64,000 bases of DNA, from positions 1 to 64,000 of the forward strand of contig CALSCP010001478.1 of the NCBI GenBank assembly GCA_943704425.1. Direction: 5' to 3'. The translations under genes and the position numbers were made by a program. This DNA comes from Ministeria vibrans ATCC 50519 (taxonomy: Eukaryota; Protista; Filasterea). Shown in pieces: positions 1-14,800 of this stretch; within the stretch, counting starts at the first letter, position 1, and every line of letters starts with the position of its first letter. The notes under the pieces are model-generated. The model was not told where the DNA came from, did not search any database, and was given only the letters and a program-made list of their open reading frames with translations.

Positions 1-92
<92 letters not shown>

Positions 93-129
93 ATTATATA
101 TACATACATACACACTCTGTTTTATGTAG

Positions 130-807
130 CTTTTGGTGCGGCTTGTTGAGTTTGTAAGTGTGGAGAGCGGCGCGCGGTTTAATGTGAACGGGAGTCGCAT
201 GGGCAGCGCTGGTCTGGGGATGCGCAGTGGACATGCAGTGGTGCGCCCCAGTCGATCCATGATGAGTGTGGGTGGTGCGGCTGCGTCCGATATTGATGAT
301 GAAGGTGATGTGAACGCTGGCGGAGATGCGGATTCGTTTCGAGGAGGAGGAAAAGGAGGAGACTTGAGCGTGGCGGGAGGGCGCTCGGGTGGTATGGAGG
401 GAGTGAGTGCCAGCCGAATGCACACACACCGCTACGGAACCCCCTCTGCCGGTTCCGCTGTGGTGCGCAGCGAGAGCGCATTGTCGTCGTCGCAGATGCG
501 GAGGAGGACAACGCGGAATGAGGAGAGTGGGAGTGAAATTGAAGAAGAAGAGGTATGCACCAGAGCAACAATAATATTTTGGCGTTGTTGATAATAATAA
601 TGATAATAATTAAAATAATAATAATTATTATTAATCATTATTCGCTTTCATTTTGAGCAGATCATCGAAGAGTGGGATCCTCCAGGTCCCGACGGCGTTC
701 CGCCAACAAGCCCTGCACGCAGGCATGTCATCAAGCGGGCGAGCAGGCGAGGCAAGACAGCATCAGCCAGTCGTCAGCAGGGCGACCACCGAGAGTCTTC
801 GCTCTGA
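130..807 (+). CDS. 3' exons of an unknown low-complexity (Gly/Ser/Glu-rich) protein; start lies upstream of the window
   Basis: Acceptor tgtag at 125-129 and open exon 130-552 ending GAG|gtatgc. A second acceptor gagcag at 660 gives in-frame IIEEWDPPGP...ESSL-stop (TGA 805-807). No recognisable domain. Confidence 0.55.
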
Positions 808-969
808 GTAAACAATAAAATAGAGAGAAAATAATGATAAATCAGAATGGAGAGTGACGCTACAATTGTTCTACAATGGCCAATGCTCTTAACAATTGAA
901 TTTTTCAAGTCACACAATCCTTTTATTCTTTGCTCGTACTTGAAAAGTCAGTTTCTGTCTCACTAAAAA

Positions 970-1722
970 TTATGTTACATGACGACCGCACACCCACCGG
1001 AGCGTCCTGTCGTCGGAGGGAAATAATCCTGTTTCAGAGACGGTTCGCCAGGAGCACTGGCAGCAGTAGGCAGTGGATGAGTTGGCGCGCTTTAGGTTCA
1101 GTCGCAGCTTTTCCGTTTGCGGCATTGCGTTTCTGAAGAACAAATACGAGCACTTCGATTCATCCCATGCGTGTCGATCAAAGGAGAGGAGTTTGAAGTC
1201 ACACGCGGTGCATCGCGGGCGAGAACAGGTTCTATAAGGAAGAATAATTAGTCATGTCACTCACAGTCACAGTTCAGAAGCACAGACGACAAGTACCGCT
1301 GCTCGACGCCGCTCGAAACGCCTTTGGGCACAGAAGGGTCGCCGAGGAAGATGGGTTGGCATTTGTCACTTGGTGGTGACGAGCGGGAGTGTGTGAACGG
1401 GGATTGAGGCGGTGCGGTGTGGCTGCTGCGCTTGCAGTCCGATTGGGTGCGTTTGGAGAGGGATTTGTCGTCGTCGTCGCTGGCACAGAGATCCTTGAGG
1501 AGATCGTCAAGATCATCGGCGTCATTGTCTTGCGTGTGGTTGTCTTCTGTGTGACGCGGGTGAGTGGCATGGCGTCTAGATTGCAGAGAGGAGTGTGACG
1601 TGAAGTTGAGAAGGGACCAACCGATTTGGGTTCGCCTGAATTGCCTCATACGTCGTAGCTATCGTAGTTTCTGCCAGCGCCTCCTCTGCTTCATCGAGTA
1701 GGTCGTCAATATCGTCTGCCAT
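970..1722 (-). CDS. CFAP418: CFAP418/C8orf37 (retinal maintenance domain) ciliary protein, 3 exons
   Basis: N-terminus MADDIDDLLDEAE. Spliced C-terminus KCQPIFLG...RTCSRPRCTACDF...YLFFRNAMP...AYCCQCSW...LRWVCGRH matches the C8orf37 family Cys signature. GT-AG introns keep frame. Confidence 0.9.
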
Positions 1723-1855
1723 GAATAGAAGAAAGTTAGGAGAAAGTTCAAAATGAATGAAATCAAGATTAACTTCAAGTTTCAGTTTTAAATTCACAGT
1801 TTCACTTCACTTTCTTTTCCTTCTCTTACCCGACCTTTTTGATCATCAATCTCGT

Positions 1856-4189
<2,334 letters not shown>

Positions 4190-4347
4190 AGCGTCGCGTG
4201 TGTGGTTCATGGTGTGTGTGTTTTTTTTTTCTCGTCTGCACATGTCGGCGGTGTGTGTGTGTTTGTGTGATTGTTATTTGTAAGAAGGAAAATAGTTTGA
4301 ATGTAATCACTACAATAATGTGGATATCTTTCAAAAATGTACACTTA

Positions 4348-6031
4348 TTACAAGACGTCTGCTCCATCTTCTTCTTCGCGAGGCCGCTTCCTTCTTGGCG
4401 ACATGTGTGTCACATCAACAATGCCACAGTGTGCCACTGCATAGGCCACGGTGCACTCCTGTCGGTTGCAGCTCTTGTAGAGTGATGCCTCCCGCACACG
4501 CCCCGTTGCATCCCAATGCAACACCACCCGATGCGTCGCCGTGTGCGCCCAACTCTCACCCAATGCGGGCACAAGAGACGAACTGCTACTCCCACTACCA
4601 CCACCACCACCACCACCACCAATACTACTAGATGCCCCACTAGCTCCTGCACCACTCTCGCTTCGTCGAATGCGCGTTGTCATTTGGTTCATCATCACAA
4701 TCTACACAACTCAAGTCTTACTACAACGTCTTATTATTATTATTACTATTATTAATTATACCGCCAACTTGTGCTGCGTTGCCATCGCCATGAGCGCCTG
4801 AGCCATACCATTGAGCAGTCGTGTGCGCAACGCCATGTCTTCGAAGTCGTGTCGGAAGTGAAAGGCAATGCTATCAATGACAATCACTTTGACCTGCAAT
4901 ATACGAAGAGAATATAATAAACTCCCCGAAACACAGAAGAAGTAGCTCGAAGATGTACCGTGGGGTGCTCTTCGAGAAAGGACGGTAGAATGTGCATCAG
5001 AGCCAGCTGTTCAATGTAATCTTGTACACGGAAGTAGTGGATTCGTTGAAGCACCGAATCCACCGTGAGCTACACCGAAGAGATATTGACGATTATTATT
5101 ATTATAATTATTATTATTACTAATTTTTGATATACATGAAAGAAGTAATTGGATGAAGTAATTACTCAATGAAGAAGAAAAGACATAATAAAATAATAAT
5201 AATAATAATAATAATAATTATTATTATTATTATTATTATTAAAATTATTGTATGTTACCTGCACATTTTGCCGCGCGCAAACATCAACGAGACCTTGTGC
5301 AATGTCCATGGCACGCTCAATGACAAAAGAGCCCTCAGTATCCACATAGATGGCATCTCCTTCGACGCCACCACACACGCGTGGAAGTTGCGCATTGACA
5401 GCCAACTGTATCCTAAAGCACAATCAACAGTTTGCAAGAGTCGATTCTTACACAGCCACAATCTGTCTTTGTACCCTAATTGAGTCTTTCCAATGCCCGG
5501 AAGTCCGCACACCTCCGTGATGTGCTGCATAGCGACCCCTCCGCCGAGCATTTCGTCGAGTGCTTGCGAACTTGTCGTCAACGCCCGTTGCACCTCTTGC
5601 TCTTCCAACAAGTCCAACGCAGACTTGCCAATCGCTCGCCTGCCGTCCCCAATGCCTGCTGTGAATGTTCTCTTAAGCCCAGGGGGCTCGCTGCCGTCTG
5701 CGCTTCCTCCAACGGCTGCAAATGGAAACAGTCAATGGATCATCCTGTTCGCGACACGAACGAAGCAAAGAACACCAAATGCAACAAGTGTACCATGTCG
5801 AACGCAGTCAATGATCTCCAGAGCAACAGCGGGGTCGACGTCAAGCTCTACGAGGGGGGCAAGGGGAGGGTCAGAGCACGACGGGAACGCGACGCAAACG
5901 CGCAACAGCGCACCATTGCTCAACACGGTCGGCCTTAGCTCCAGCACGTGCGACGCAAGCTCAAACCCATTGTCAAGCAGCAGCTTTCGATGCGACGCCG
6001 CCAAAGGTATTGCGCGGAGGCTTCTAGACAT
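4348..6031 (-). CDS. RAD51C: DNA repair protein RAD51 paralog C
   Basis: LDEMLGGGV...[15 protein letters not shown] (Walker A), [22 protein letters not shown] (Walker B), [17 protein letters not shown] and REASLYKS are RAD51C-type motifs. A Gly/Ser insert follows MNQMTT. Confidence 0.92.
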
Positions 6032-6179
6032 ACGATGAATAAATAAAACTGAAAAGTGCAAAATAAGTGAAAATATTTATACGATATTTGTCACATCAAA
6101 AGGAGAAAAGAGAGATATTGTATAAAGCACATACACACTCTCTCGCTATCTCTCTTTCTCTCAATCACCGTACCCTATA

Positions 6180-6214
<35 letters not shown>

Positions 6215-6252
6215 GACTTGAGTTTCTCTCCCTCTTCTCCCTTTCGCCGCTT

Positions 6253-8450
6253 TCACGTTGCTTTTACAGGTTCGGCGTCTGCCCCTTGCGACGCGGTCTC
6301 TCCTCCCTCCGCTGCCTCCACTTCCCCCTTCGCCTCCTTCGCTTCCTCATTGGCCTCGTCTGCATCTTCGTTATCTTCATCCGAGTTGTCGTCCGAGTCT
6401 TCGTCCTCCCCGTCCAAGGGCGTCGGAGGGCGCGCAAGTTCTGTCGGTCGCATCCGCACAAACACATTCGCTCCCTCATGTTCACGCAAAACATCCGTAT
6501 ACTCTTTGCTAGACCCTTCCCCATAGACCAACGGAGTACTTTCGCTCGCACCCGCACGAAACCTACAGGTACAAACACAGTCAATCAATGCAACGGCGTT
6601 GCGACTCTGTCCTACCAAGCTTCCCCTTCGCGTGGCCAGTTCAAGCGGTGCGGGCCCGCTCGCTCGCTCGTCATAACCATCGGTATCAGTCCAGTACCAT
6701 GCTCCAAATGATACCGTCGCACCATTGCCCAGTGCTTCATATCACCTACAAAAAATTACAACAACAACAACAACATTAAAACTTTGAACGTGAACAACCG
6801 CTGGCTTTTTTTCACCTGTGGCAAAGAGCAACTCGTCAAACTCTTCGTCAACATAGCGCAATGAGAAGGCACGGTCGCCCTTGGGATTGGGCTGGTACTC
6901 GCCGTACGAGACGAGTCCGCGTGCCGAGTCGCGACTCGCATGCCACTCTTTGCCCACCGCGCGACGCACCAGCTTCCAGTAGGACGAGTCGAAGTCGAGA
7001 AGGTACGGCTGAGGCTGATGTTGTGTCGCAGCCGCCGATGCAGATGCCGTCGAGATGGCCGATCCCCGCAGCACAGCAGGAACATGCGAGCGAAGGGTCG
7101 ACGCACGCTCAAGACGGAACACAGCGTACGCATCGAGCGTCGAGTAGAAAGGCACCGGCAGACCCGCACTGTCCACTGCCACAAGCGAACCCCCCGAACT
7201 GCTGGCAGCACCCGCCGGCCCACAAGAGCCTCGTGCGTGGCGCAGCGCCACAAGATGCTCAGACGCATTCACTGTGATAAGCAGGAAGCGTGACTCAGCG
7301 CCCAACGACCCCTTTCCGTCCAACATGGGGTTCTCCAGGGGCGTCAACATGTCCTCCGCACCACCTCTTCCTCCTCCTCCGTCCCCTTCCACCATGCACA
7401 AGTGGTACTTGGGTCGTGACATGCTCTCAAGAATCACCAGTCCTCCATCAGCAGGAATCAGTCGAAACTGCGAGGCACTGTCGCTCCCTCCATTGCCTGT
7501 CACTGCACCACTGCTCGTGATTGCAAGATACTTCCCAGTCGCCTGACACTCCAACTGAAGCATCCCACCCGCCAGAGCAAGAGTGTCCACGGGTGGAAGC
7601 AGACGCAGCGGTAGCTCACGCGCCTGTCCGGGCACAGTACACCCTTCTAACACAAACAACGACGACGCATCCACCATGACATAATTGTGCCGTGCACTCC
7701 CGTCCGTGCCGACCGCCACAAACACATGCTTGGGATCAAGCTGCATCGAACGCACCAACACCTCAAAACCACTGCCATGGCGCACCAGTTGAAACCGCTG
7801 CCACCCCTGTTGTGACCCCTTGGTGCCCACCGTGCGTCCCTGTGGGTTCACAGCCAGTCGGTGTTCTTCGTTATCGACGCTCTGCAACACCACCGAGCCC
7901 AGCCCACCGTCCATCACTCGAAAGTGCGCTAATCAAAAGTGAGAAGAGGAGAAAAAAGAAAGAAAATAAAGTAAAAAAATGAGACAATCGGTGTGTCATA
8001 TCATCTTGTCTCACTCATACATTGTAATAGGTCCTCCGAGTCTCCGTCGATTTCCCCTGCAGCATCAATGCCCAGGTAGCCTCCGGTAGCCTTGCTCCGC
8101 AGGCGCACAACATCCCCATCGCCACACTTGCTCGCGTACACCTTGAGCAGCGCCTCTGTCTCGCGCTCTCGCTCAGTGCGCGCAGTCGAACTCTCGCCAG
8201 CGAGTGCACCCCGTTCGTCGCCTCCGGCGTTCTCAAACGCTTCACTCGCTTCAGCAAGGCCTTTCAAACAAAGCATTATTTCGGTGGTTAAAAACACAAA
8301 CAATCAGAGCATCTCTCTATCACTTTGTTTCTTTCTCCTCTCTCTGTATCACTTTGTTTCTTTCTCCTCTCTCTCTATCACTTCGTCTCTTTCTCCTCTC
8401 TCTCTATCACTTTGTATCTTTCTCCTATCTCTCTATCACTTCGTCTCTTT

Positions 8451-8543
<93 letters not shown>

Positions 8544-9407
8544 CTGTGTTTCTTTCTCCCTCCTTTCTCTTTCTCTTCTTGATTTTCGCAGTACCTTTGA
8601 GGTCTGTTCTGTGCGACGAGGCTGCCGACGATGTCATCAATTTGGGAGGCGCCGACATGCGCGAGCCTGCCTGAGGAGCCTTTGCGGCAGCTGTTGTTGA
8701 TATTGCAGTTGTGGTGGTAGCTGATGATGATGCTGCTGTCGTGTTCGCGGTGGCGGTGGAGGGAGGCGAATGGACAGGGCCACCCACAATGGCATTGTAA
8801 TCACGCTCAGCGCCTTCCCTGCACTGCGCCTGGTACTGTCGCAAACATTCGGAGAGCGCATCGATCCACCGGTCGCGCACCGCTTCGCTGTCCGCCAATA
8901 TGTAGAAGGTTCGATTGGTGGTCATGACGGTGAACATGGTCCCCGTGCGCTTCGCCACGGCAAGGTCGCCCGGCGTTGAAATGCGCACGTCAACCACCTC
9001 ACGCAAGTCCATATGGCCCTTCTCGCTCGTCTGCGGTGGCGGGGCAGTCGCGTAGTAGCGCAGGACCAGCCCGTCCAGGACAAACCAGCGCGACTTCCAC
9101 GACTTGACTCGCTTGCCTGCAAGCCCAAACGAGCGCAACGGGACAGAGAGAGAGTGAGTGAGAGAGAGAGGAGAGGCCAAAGTTCAAAAAAAAAAAATGC
9201 AGAGAATCGATAGCGAAAAACACAAAGGGTCGTTCTCCGCAAGACGGCGTGTGTCAAAGAAGGATGAGAGAACCAGCGAAGCGGGAGGGAGGGAGAGAGA
9301 GGGAGAGAGAGCGGGAGAATGAGGCAAAAGGGAAAGAGAAGAGCGAATGTGCATTGCGCTGTACCTCGCTTTGTGAGCCAGCCACTCATGACCGGCTGGT
9401 GAGACAT
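6253..9407 (-). CDS. PH domain + two beta-trefoil (FGF-/fascin-like) domains + uncharacterised C-terminal domain
   Basis: Six exons join in frame through GT-AG introns. PH: MSGWLTKRGKRVKSWKSRWFVLDG...RTFYILADSEAVRDRWIDAL. Repeats VVRLRSKATGGYLGIDAAGEIDG and LQLECQATGKYLAITSSGAVTG. C-terminal WKLVRR...FDELLFATGD...LVYGE...HEGANVFVR, then an acidic tail. Confidence 0.75.
8312..8580. repeat. Intronic array of TCTCTCTATCACTTTGTTTCTTTCTCC units grading into (TC)n
   Basis: About 6 imperfect copies of the unit, interrupted by a (TC)n tract, inside an intron of the PH-trefoil gene. Confidence 0.85.
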
Positions 9408-9573
9408 CGTGAGAAGACAACACACTTGCGAGTATGGCACTGGATTCACTAAAATTGCTGTTTGGACTTTGGACTTTGGACTTTCGCGTTTGCTAAAAAC
9501 GTTTGTTTAACTGATTATCAATCTATGAATCTTATCGGAATAAAAAGTGAAAAGAGCAGAAAAATCAAAACGC

Positions 9574-9786
9574 AATCAAAACGATGCAATGTAGATGATA
9601 TGTTAGTAATGTTATATGAATACTATGTCAAAAAAAGACTAGATACAAAACAAAACGCAGTGCAATACTTCCGCCGTAGACTGAAGAATCAAAACGATGC
9701 AATGTAGATAATATGTTAAATGAATACTATGTCAAAACAAGACTATATACAAACCAAAAGGCAGTACAATACTTCCGCCGTAGACT
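9574..9786. repeat. Diverged intergenic tandem duplication, period ~113 bp
   Basis: Copies at 9574-9682 and 9687-9786 both start AATCAAAACGATGCAATGTAGAT and end CAATACTTCCGCCGTAGACT. Confidence 0.9.
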
Positions 9787-9858
9787 TGCAGGCAAGAATA
9801 AAGAAGTACCCAAAAGAAGCCCATAAACCCACTGTATATAAAGGTTTTAATATGTTTA

Positions 9859-10433
9859 TCATTTGGTTGAGAATTTGAAGACTGTTGTGTGAGCATAAGT
9901 TTCGCCAGCACGAAGAACAATTGAGGGAAAGTGTGGGTGATTTGGAGAATCAGGAAAACTCTAAAGAAAAATCACGAGTCAGAGAACCAACCCCCCCCCA
10001 ACACCGAAACGGACCTGAGTTTCGAGACAAAATCCGGCGTGTTTTCCATACGTCTGGCCTGCACGTCCCTTGATGGTCCCATCAAGGAAGTTTCCTGTGT
10101 AAAACTGGCACGCAGGAGCACTCGTGGAAACCTACATATAGACAGAAAAAGAAACATGAACGACAGAAAACGACGCGCATACAACGAACAGTCATTTTTC
10201 TTCCGGAAAGCGGCTCGGAAACGGTACAAAAGGGCTCGAGAGCACCCTGCTCTGTCTTGCTGAGAACATAGTTGTGATCGTATCCGCCGTTGGTGCCTTC
10301 CACCATTCCCAGTCGTTCCCCAATGCACTGTGGACCACTGTAGAAGTCAAACGGTGTGCCAATCACCGACAGCACCTTGAAAAACAAAAGAAAACACCCG
10401 GAGTCACACACATACACACAATAAGTAATCACA

Positions 10434-10474
<41 letters not shown>

Positions 10475-10647
10475 CTCNNNNNNNNNNNNNNNNNNNNNNN
10501 NNNNNNNNNNNNNNNNNNNNNNNNNNNNNNNNNNNNNNNNNNNNNNNNNNNNNNNNNNNNNNNNNNNNNNNNNNNNNNNNNNNNNNNNNNNNNNNNNNNN
10601 NNNNNNNNNNNNNNNNNNNNNNNNNNNNNNNNNNNNNNNNNNNNNNN

Positions 10648-10741
<94 letters not shown>

Positions 10742-11651
10742 CTTTGCTTATTTTTTCTTCTCTCAATCTTTTCGTTTGATTTACTTCTCCTGTGGGAATG
10801 AGTGTGGCATCCACTGGCGTGTAGAACTGAGCAGCAAGCGAGAGACAGTGATCGTGAACAGTGCCAAACCCCGCAAGATTGAAGTAGGAGTGGTTCGTAA
10901 GATTGCAGAGCGTCGCCTGGTCCGTGGTCGCCTCGTATTCGATGGTGAGTTCGCCGCTGTCGTTGAGCGTAAAGGTTACAGTTGCGTCCAGCGACGAGGG
11001 ATAATCTTCTTCGTTTGGTTCGCTGGAAAGAGTAAGTTCACAACAATCATGTTACAATGAACTATTTTTGTGTTTGCGCATGAAAATAATATAAACAGCT
11101 GCCCTTCCGTCATAACATCTCGACATACCTATTAAGAGCAAACGTGACGTGGTCTTCCTGCGCACTGACTGCGAGCCACACACGTTTGTCAAAGCCATTC
11201 TAAGGCAAAACACACATAACATACAATTATAAATAATATTATACATCATGAGATGTTTCGAGTGCGCACCACGCCGCCATGCAGATGGTTGGGCCCATCG
11301 TTGGTTGCAAGCTGGTAGTGGACCTGGTCCAGGCGGAACTTGCCGTGTGCAATGCGATTGGCGACGCGTCCGACGGTGCATCCGAAATAGGCGTTGGACG
11401 CGCCACACAGATACGGCGCGAGCGTGTCGTGCCCCAGGACAACCTCGCCAAGCTTGCCGGCGCTAGAAGGAGCGTCAGAATGGCGTTTTTGATTGAGAAG
11501 GAGCGGAGAACCTGTCGGGAACGCGAATGGACGTGATTGTCGCGCCGTACGTCGACACGGAGACGCTCCACCCCATGCTGTTCGTGATCGTGTGCAGTAC
11601 AATGTCAGTGCCGTCGGGCAGCGTGCCGTGCGGCTTTTCACTCAGTCCCAT
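9859..11651 (-). CDS. GALM: Aldose 1-epimerase (galactose mutarotase)
   Basis: [55 protein letters not shown] and GFCLETQSFPDSPN. One intron contains an N gap. Confidence 0.95.
10478..10647. other. Assembly gap (N run) inside a GALM intron
   Basis: Run of N flanked by (TA)n and (TC)n. Confidence 1.
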
Positions 11652-11871
11652 TTCAAGCAAGAAAATAATAATAATAATAATAATAATTATATTCAAGGTA
11701 TAACAATTATGAGAACCATTACAATAACTATTATTTTTCACAAGTTCACTCAGAATAATAATAATACAAACAATATTAAATTTTAGACTTTAAAGATATA
11801 TATCTGTCTCTCGATCCTCTCTCTCTCCTCTCAAAAGCGCAAACATGATCATACTATATGAAAAAATGGTT

Positions 11872-14800
11872 TTATTCGAACGGGCTGCTGTCCAACACGC
11901 GCACCGCATCGGCCGGAACCAGACCAGACTCCTCACCCAACATACACGCATACCAGTCCTCGTCAACACGGTCCATTACGGTCAGAAGGTCGCCCTTTTG
12001 GAAGCGCAATTCCATCTCATCTGACGGAGTGTTGTCCCGCAATGCCAAACACTGTTGCTCCTCTTCGTCACCATCGTCGTCGTCACCGTCGTCGTCGTCA
12101 CCGTCGTCATCGTCGTCGCCGTTCTTTTCCTTCTCCGTCTCCGTCACTTCCTTTTGATCTTCATTGTCTTCTTCCGTCACTCGCGCCGACACTACTTCTG
12201 CCTCAATAGACTGCATTCCAAACGTATCCACATCCGCTGTCACACACACAGGCTGCTCCACCACCATTCCCTTCTTCTTCTTCTTCTCCTCCTCCTCCTC
12301 TTCTTCTTCTTCTTCTAACTGTGGCTCATACATGTGCTGCTGCACTGGTAACGCCGACAACACAGCCGCATCAGATGTCGCCAAAAACGCCGTCGAGTGC
12401 GAGCGACCCTGTGCGAACAACTGTCGTGGTGGCAACGAACGGGGAGACTCGCGCTGCTGCTGCTGTTGCTGCTGTTGTTGTTGTGGTTGCAGTTGTGATT
12501 GAGATCGTAATGGCGCGGTGAGCGAGTTGGGCTGTTCGGGAACAGTCATGATGTGTTGGTGAGCGAGCGGTGACTGAGGAGAGGCACTGACAGAGGCAGC
12601 GACTCGCTTGAGCCAGCCTCCGAGTCGTTTGCCAGTGCCACCTCCTCCACTGCTGTCCGTCTGTCCCGCAGGTGTCATGCCGCCAATACCTGGTGAAGGC
12701 TGTACTGCCTGTGATACAGAGCGCAGCACTTGCAGGGCACTCGAAGGTCGCGATGGAGACTGCGATTGATCTGCGCTAGAGTCGGGCTGAGACTGCCGGC
12801 GGGACTTGGCGAGGAATCGAGCCGCAGCCAACGCTATCTTACTCTGCGGTGGCTGCTCTTGAGTCTGCTCCGGCACCCGAGCCTCCGTCTGCTGATGCTG
12901 CTGCTGTTGTTGAAACTGCTGCTGTTGCTGTTGAAACTGCTGCTGCTGCTGTTGAAACTGCTCTGGGTGCTCGGCTTGTACCTTGAGCCAATGTTGGCGT
13001 TCTTTCTCCTCGCGCCGACGGGCCTCAAAGTCGGGGAAGAGGCGGAACTGCAGACGATCAATGCGCTGGGCTAGATCCATCACACGCATCCACTCTTCGC
13101 GGTTGCACGACGCCATAAACGCAGTCTCGTTGTACACGCGGAAGAGACCTTCGGGGTAGCGACGAAAGTGGTCGAGCCAGCCGGCAAAGTGGTGGTGGTT
13201 GAGACAACCACAGACAAAGGTGCGAAACTTCATATCGGGATCATTATTCATCTCGGGCCGTTGGTTCAGCGACATCACTTGCTTGCGCGCCGCTTGTGCC
13301 TCGGCCATGACCAACTCTCCAGCGCCTCCCATCACGCGCATCGACAGATTCATTCCCACGGACGCCTCTATGAGTGACCAGATCGACGAGGGCCCAAGCA
13401 GACCCTTAAAGCGAGCCGTCTTCATGCCATCGCTAAGGACTCCTGCAATGGCCGAGCACAGCCGACCACGCACCATCGAGCCAATGCGTGGGTTGCAGTG
13501 GTCGTCGCCAACAAGAACCGGGTCAAAGGGCGTACCGTCTTCACAGGGTCCCGCACGATCCAACTGCTCCGCAAAGAACTGCTCCAATGCCACCGTTGCT
13601 TCGCCCAGTTTGTTGATCAGCGCCGACCGCAAGTCGCTCTGGGCATTCTCAAGACGGTCCGTCTTGGCTGTGGCGGCATTCGCAGCTGCCAGAGCAATCC
13701 GCTGGTCCTCTTGCGCTTGCAACGCCTGTCGTTGCTGCTGCTCAAACAACAGACGCTCCTGTGTAAAGTCCAACTGTTCCAGCTCGGTGCGATGTGATGC
13801 AACGCCGCTCTGAGTCTGTCGCTGATGTTGATCTTGCTGCACCATTTGGTGTTGTTGTTGCTGTTGTTGCTGTACACGCAAAGGAAGAGTAGTGGCCACT
13901 GATTGCGACTGACTCGATCCTTGCCTTTGTCCTTGCTGCTGCTGTTGTTCTGCATCGTGCTTCTCGCGGGCGGCCGCCTTGTCCTGCTGTTGCTGTCGCC
14001 ACTTTTGGAGTTGTTGGTCGCGCAAGATGCGCTCACGTTGCTGCTGTGTCATGGCAGGTGTGATGGAGGCAGAGGCGCTGGCCGAGCTCTCAATGGTCGG
14101 GTTGATCGTCGATGCAGTAGCAAATGCAATCGTAGTAGGTGTGTCGACAATGGTCGTCGGTGACGGTTTGGTGCGGTTGACAAACCAGCGATGGTGGTCA
14201 TTGCTGTAGATGACGCGCAAGTCGGGCCCAAGGTCAAAAGTGCGAATGGAGCTTTCGGCGTCGGGAAAAAAGGGCGGGTGATGCTCCGACGACTCGTGGA
14301 GTTTCCACTGTCCATTTACAAAGTGCAGGAGACAGCCCGAGAGATCAATGAAACTCATTTTGCTGCCAGGACCGCCACGAGTCGCTTGCGTGAGAACCAC
14401 CTTCATGACAGAAGGAAACGTGACCACAAAGGCACCCGATGACGAGGGCGCTGGTGAGGCAGAGGGGGCGACAGGCGGTGGTGTTGTTGTTGTTGATGAC
14501 GACGTTGTTGTTGTTGGTGGTGGGGTGGACACTGCGTCAGAGGATAGAGGCGTGGAGGCGGAGAAGGTAGAGAAGGGCTCAGCGGTGTCGTGAACGGGCG
14601 AAGGGGGAAGCAAGAGAGGTGGAGGCGATGGAGATTGAGCTCGCACGTCGAGCGAGGACTTTCTCGGTGACTGAGAGCCATTTGAGATCACATTGGCGGT
14701 GATAGGAGCAATCGGGGCACGAGCAGTCGTACCAATCGCCGTGTTGGTGCTGCTCGCGGAAGGTGGCAGTGACGACGACGAAGCAGGAATTGCTCGCACT

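Noticed and set aside
1576-1652. Premature stops or apparent frameshifts in CFAP418 (also JMJD8, I-BAR, DNMBP) suggesting recoding or a variant genetic code
   Set aside because: Each case I checked is resolved by an ordinary GT-AG intron, so the standard code suffices.
1723-1855. RFX X-box expected upstream of the ciliary gene CFAP418
   Set aside because: No GTTGCC/GTTGYCA-like site is visible in the spacer.
8312-8460. Regularly spaced short repeats resembling a CRISPR array
   Set aside because: There are no unique spacers and no cas genes, and it sits in a eukaryotic intron. It is a low-complexity minisatellite.
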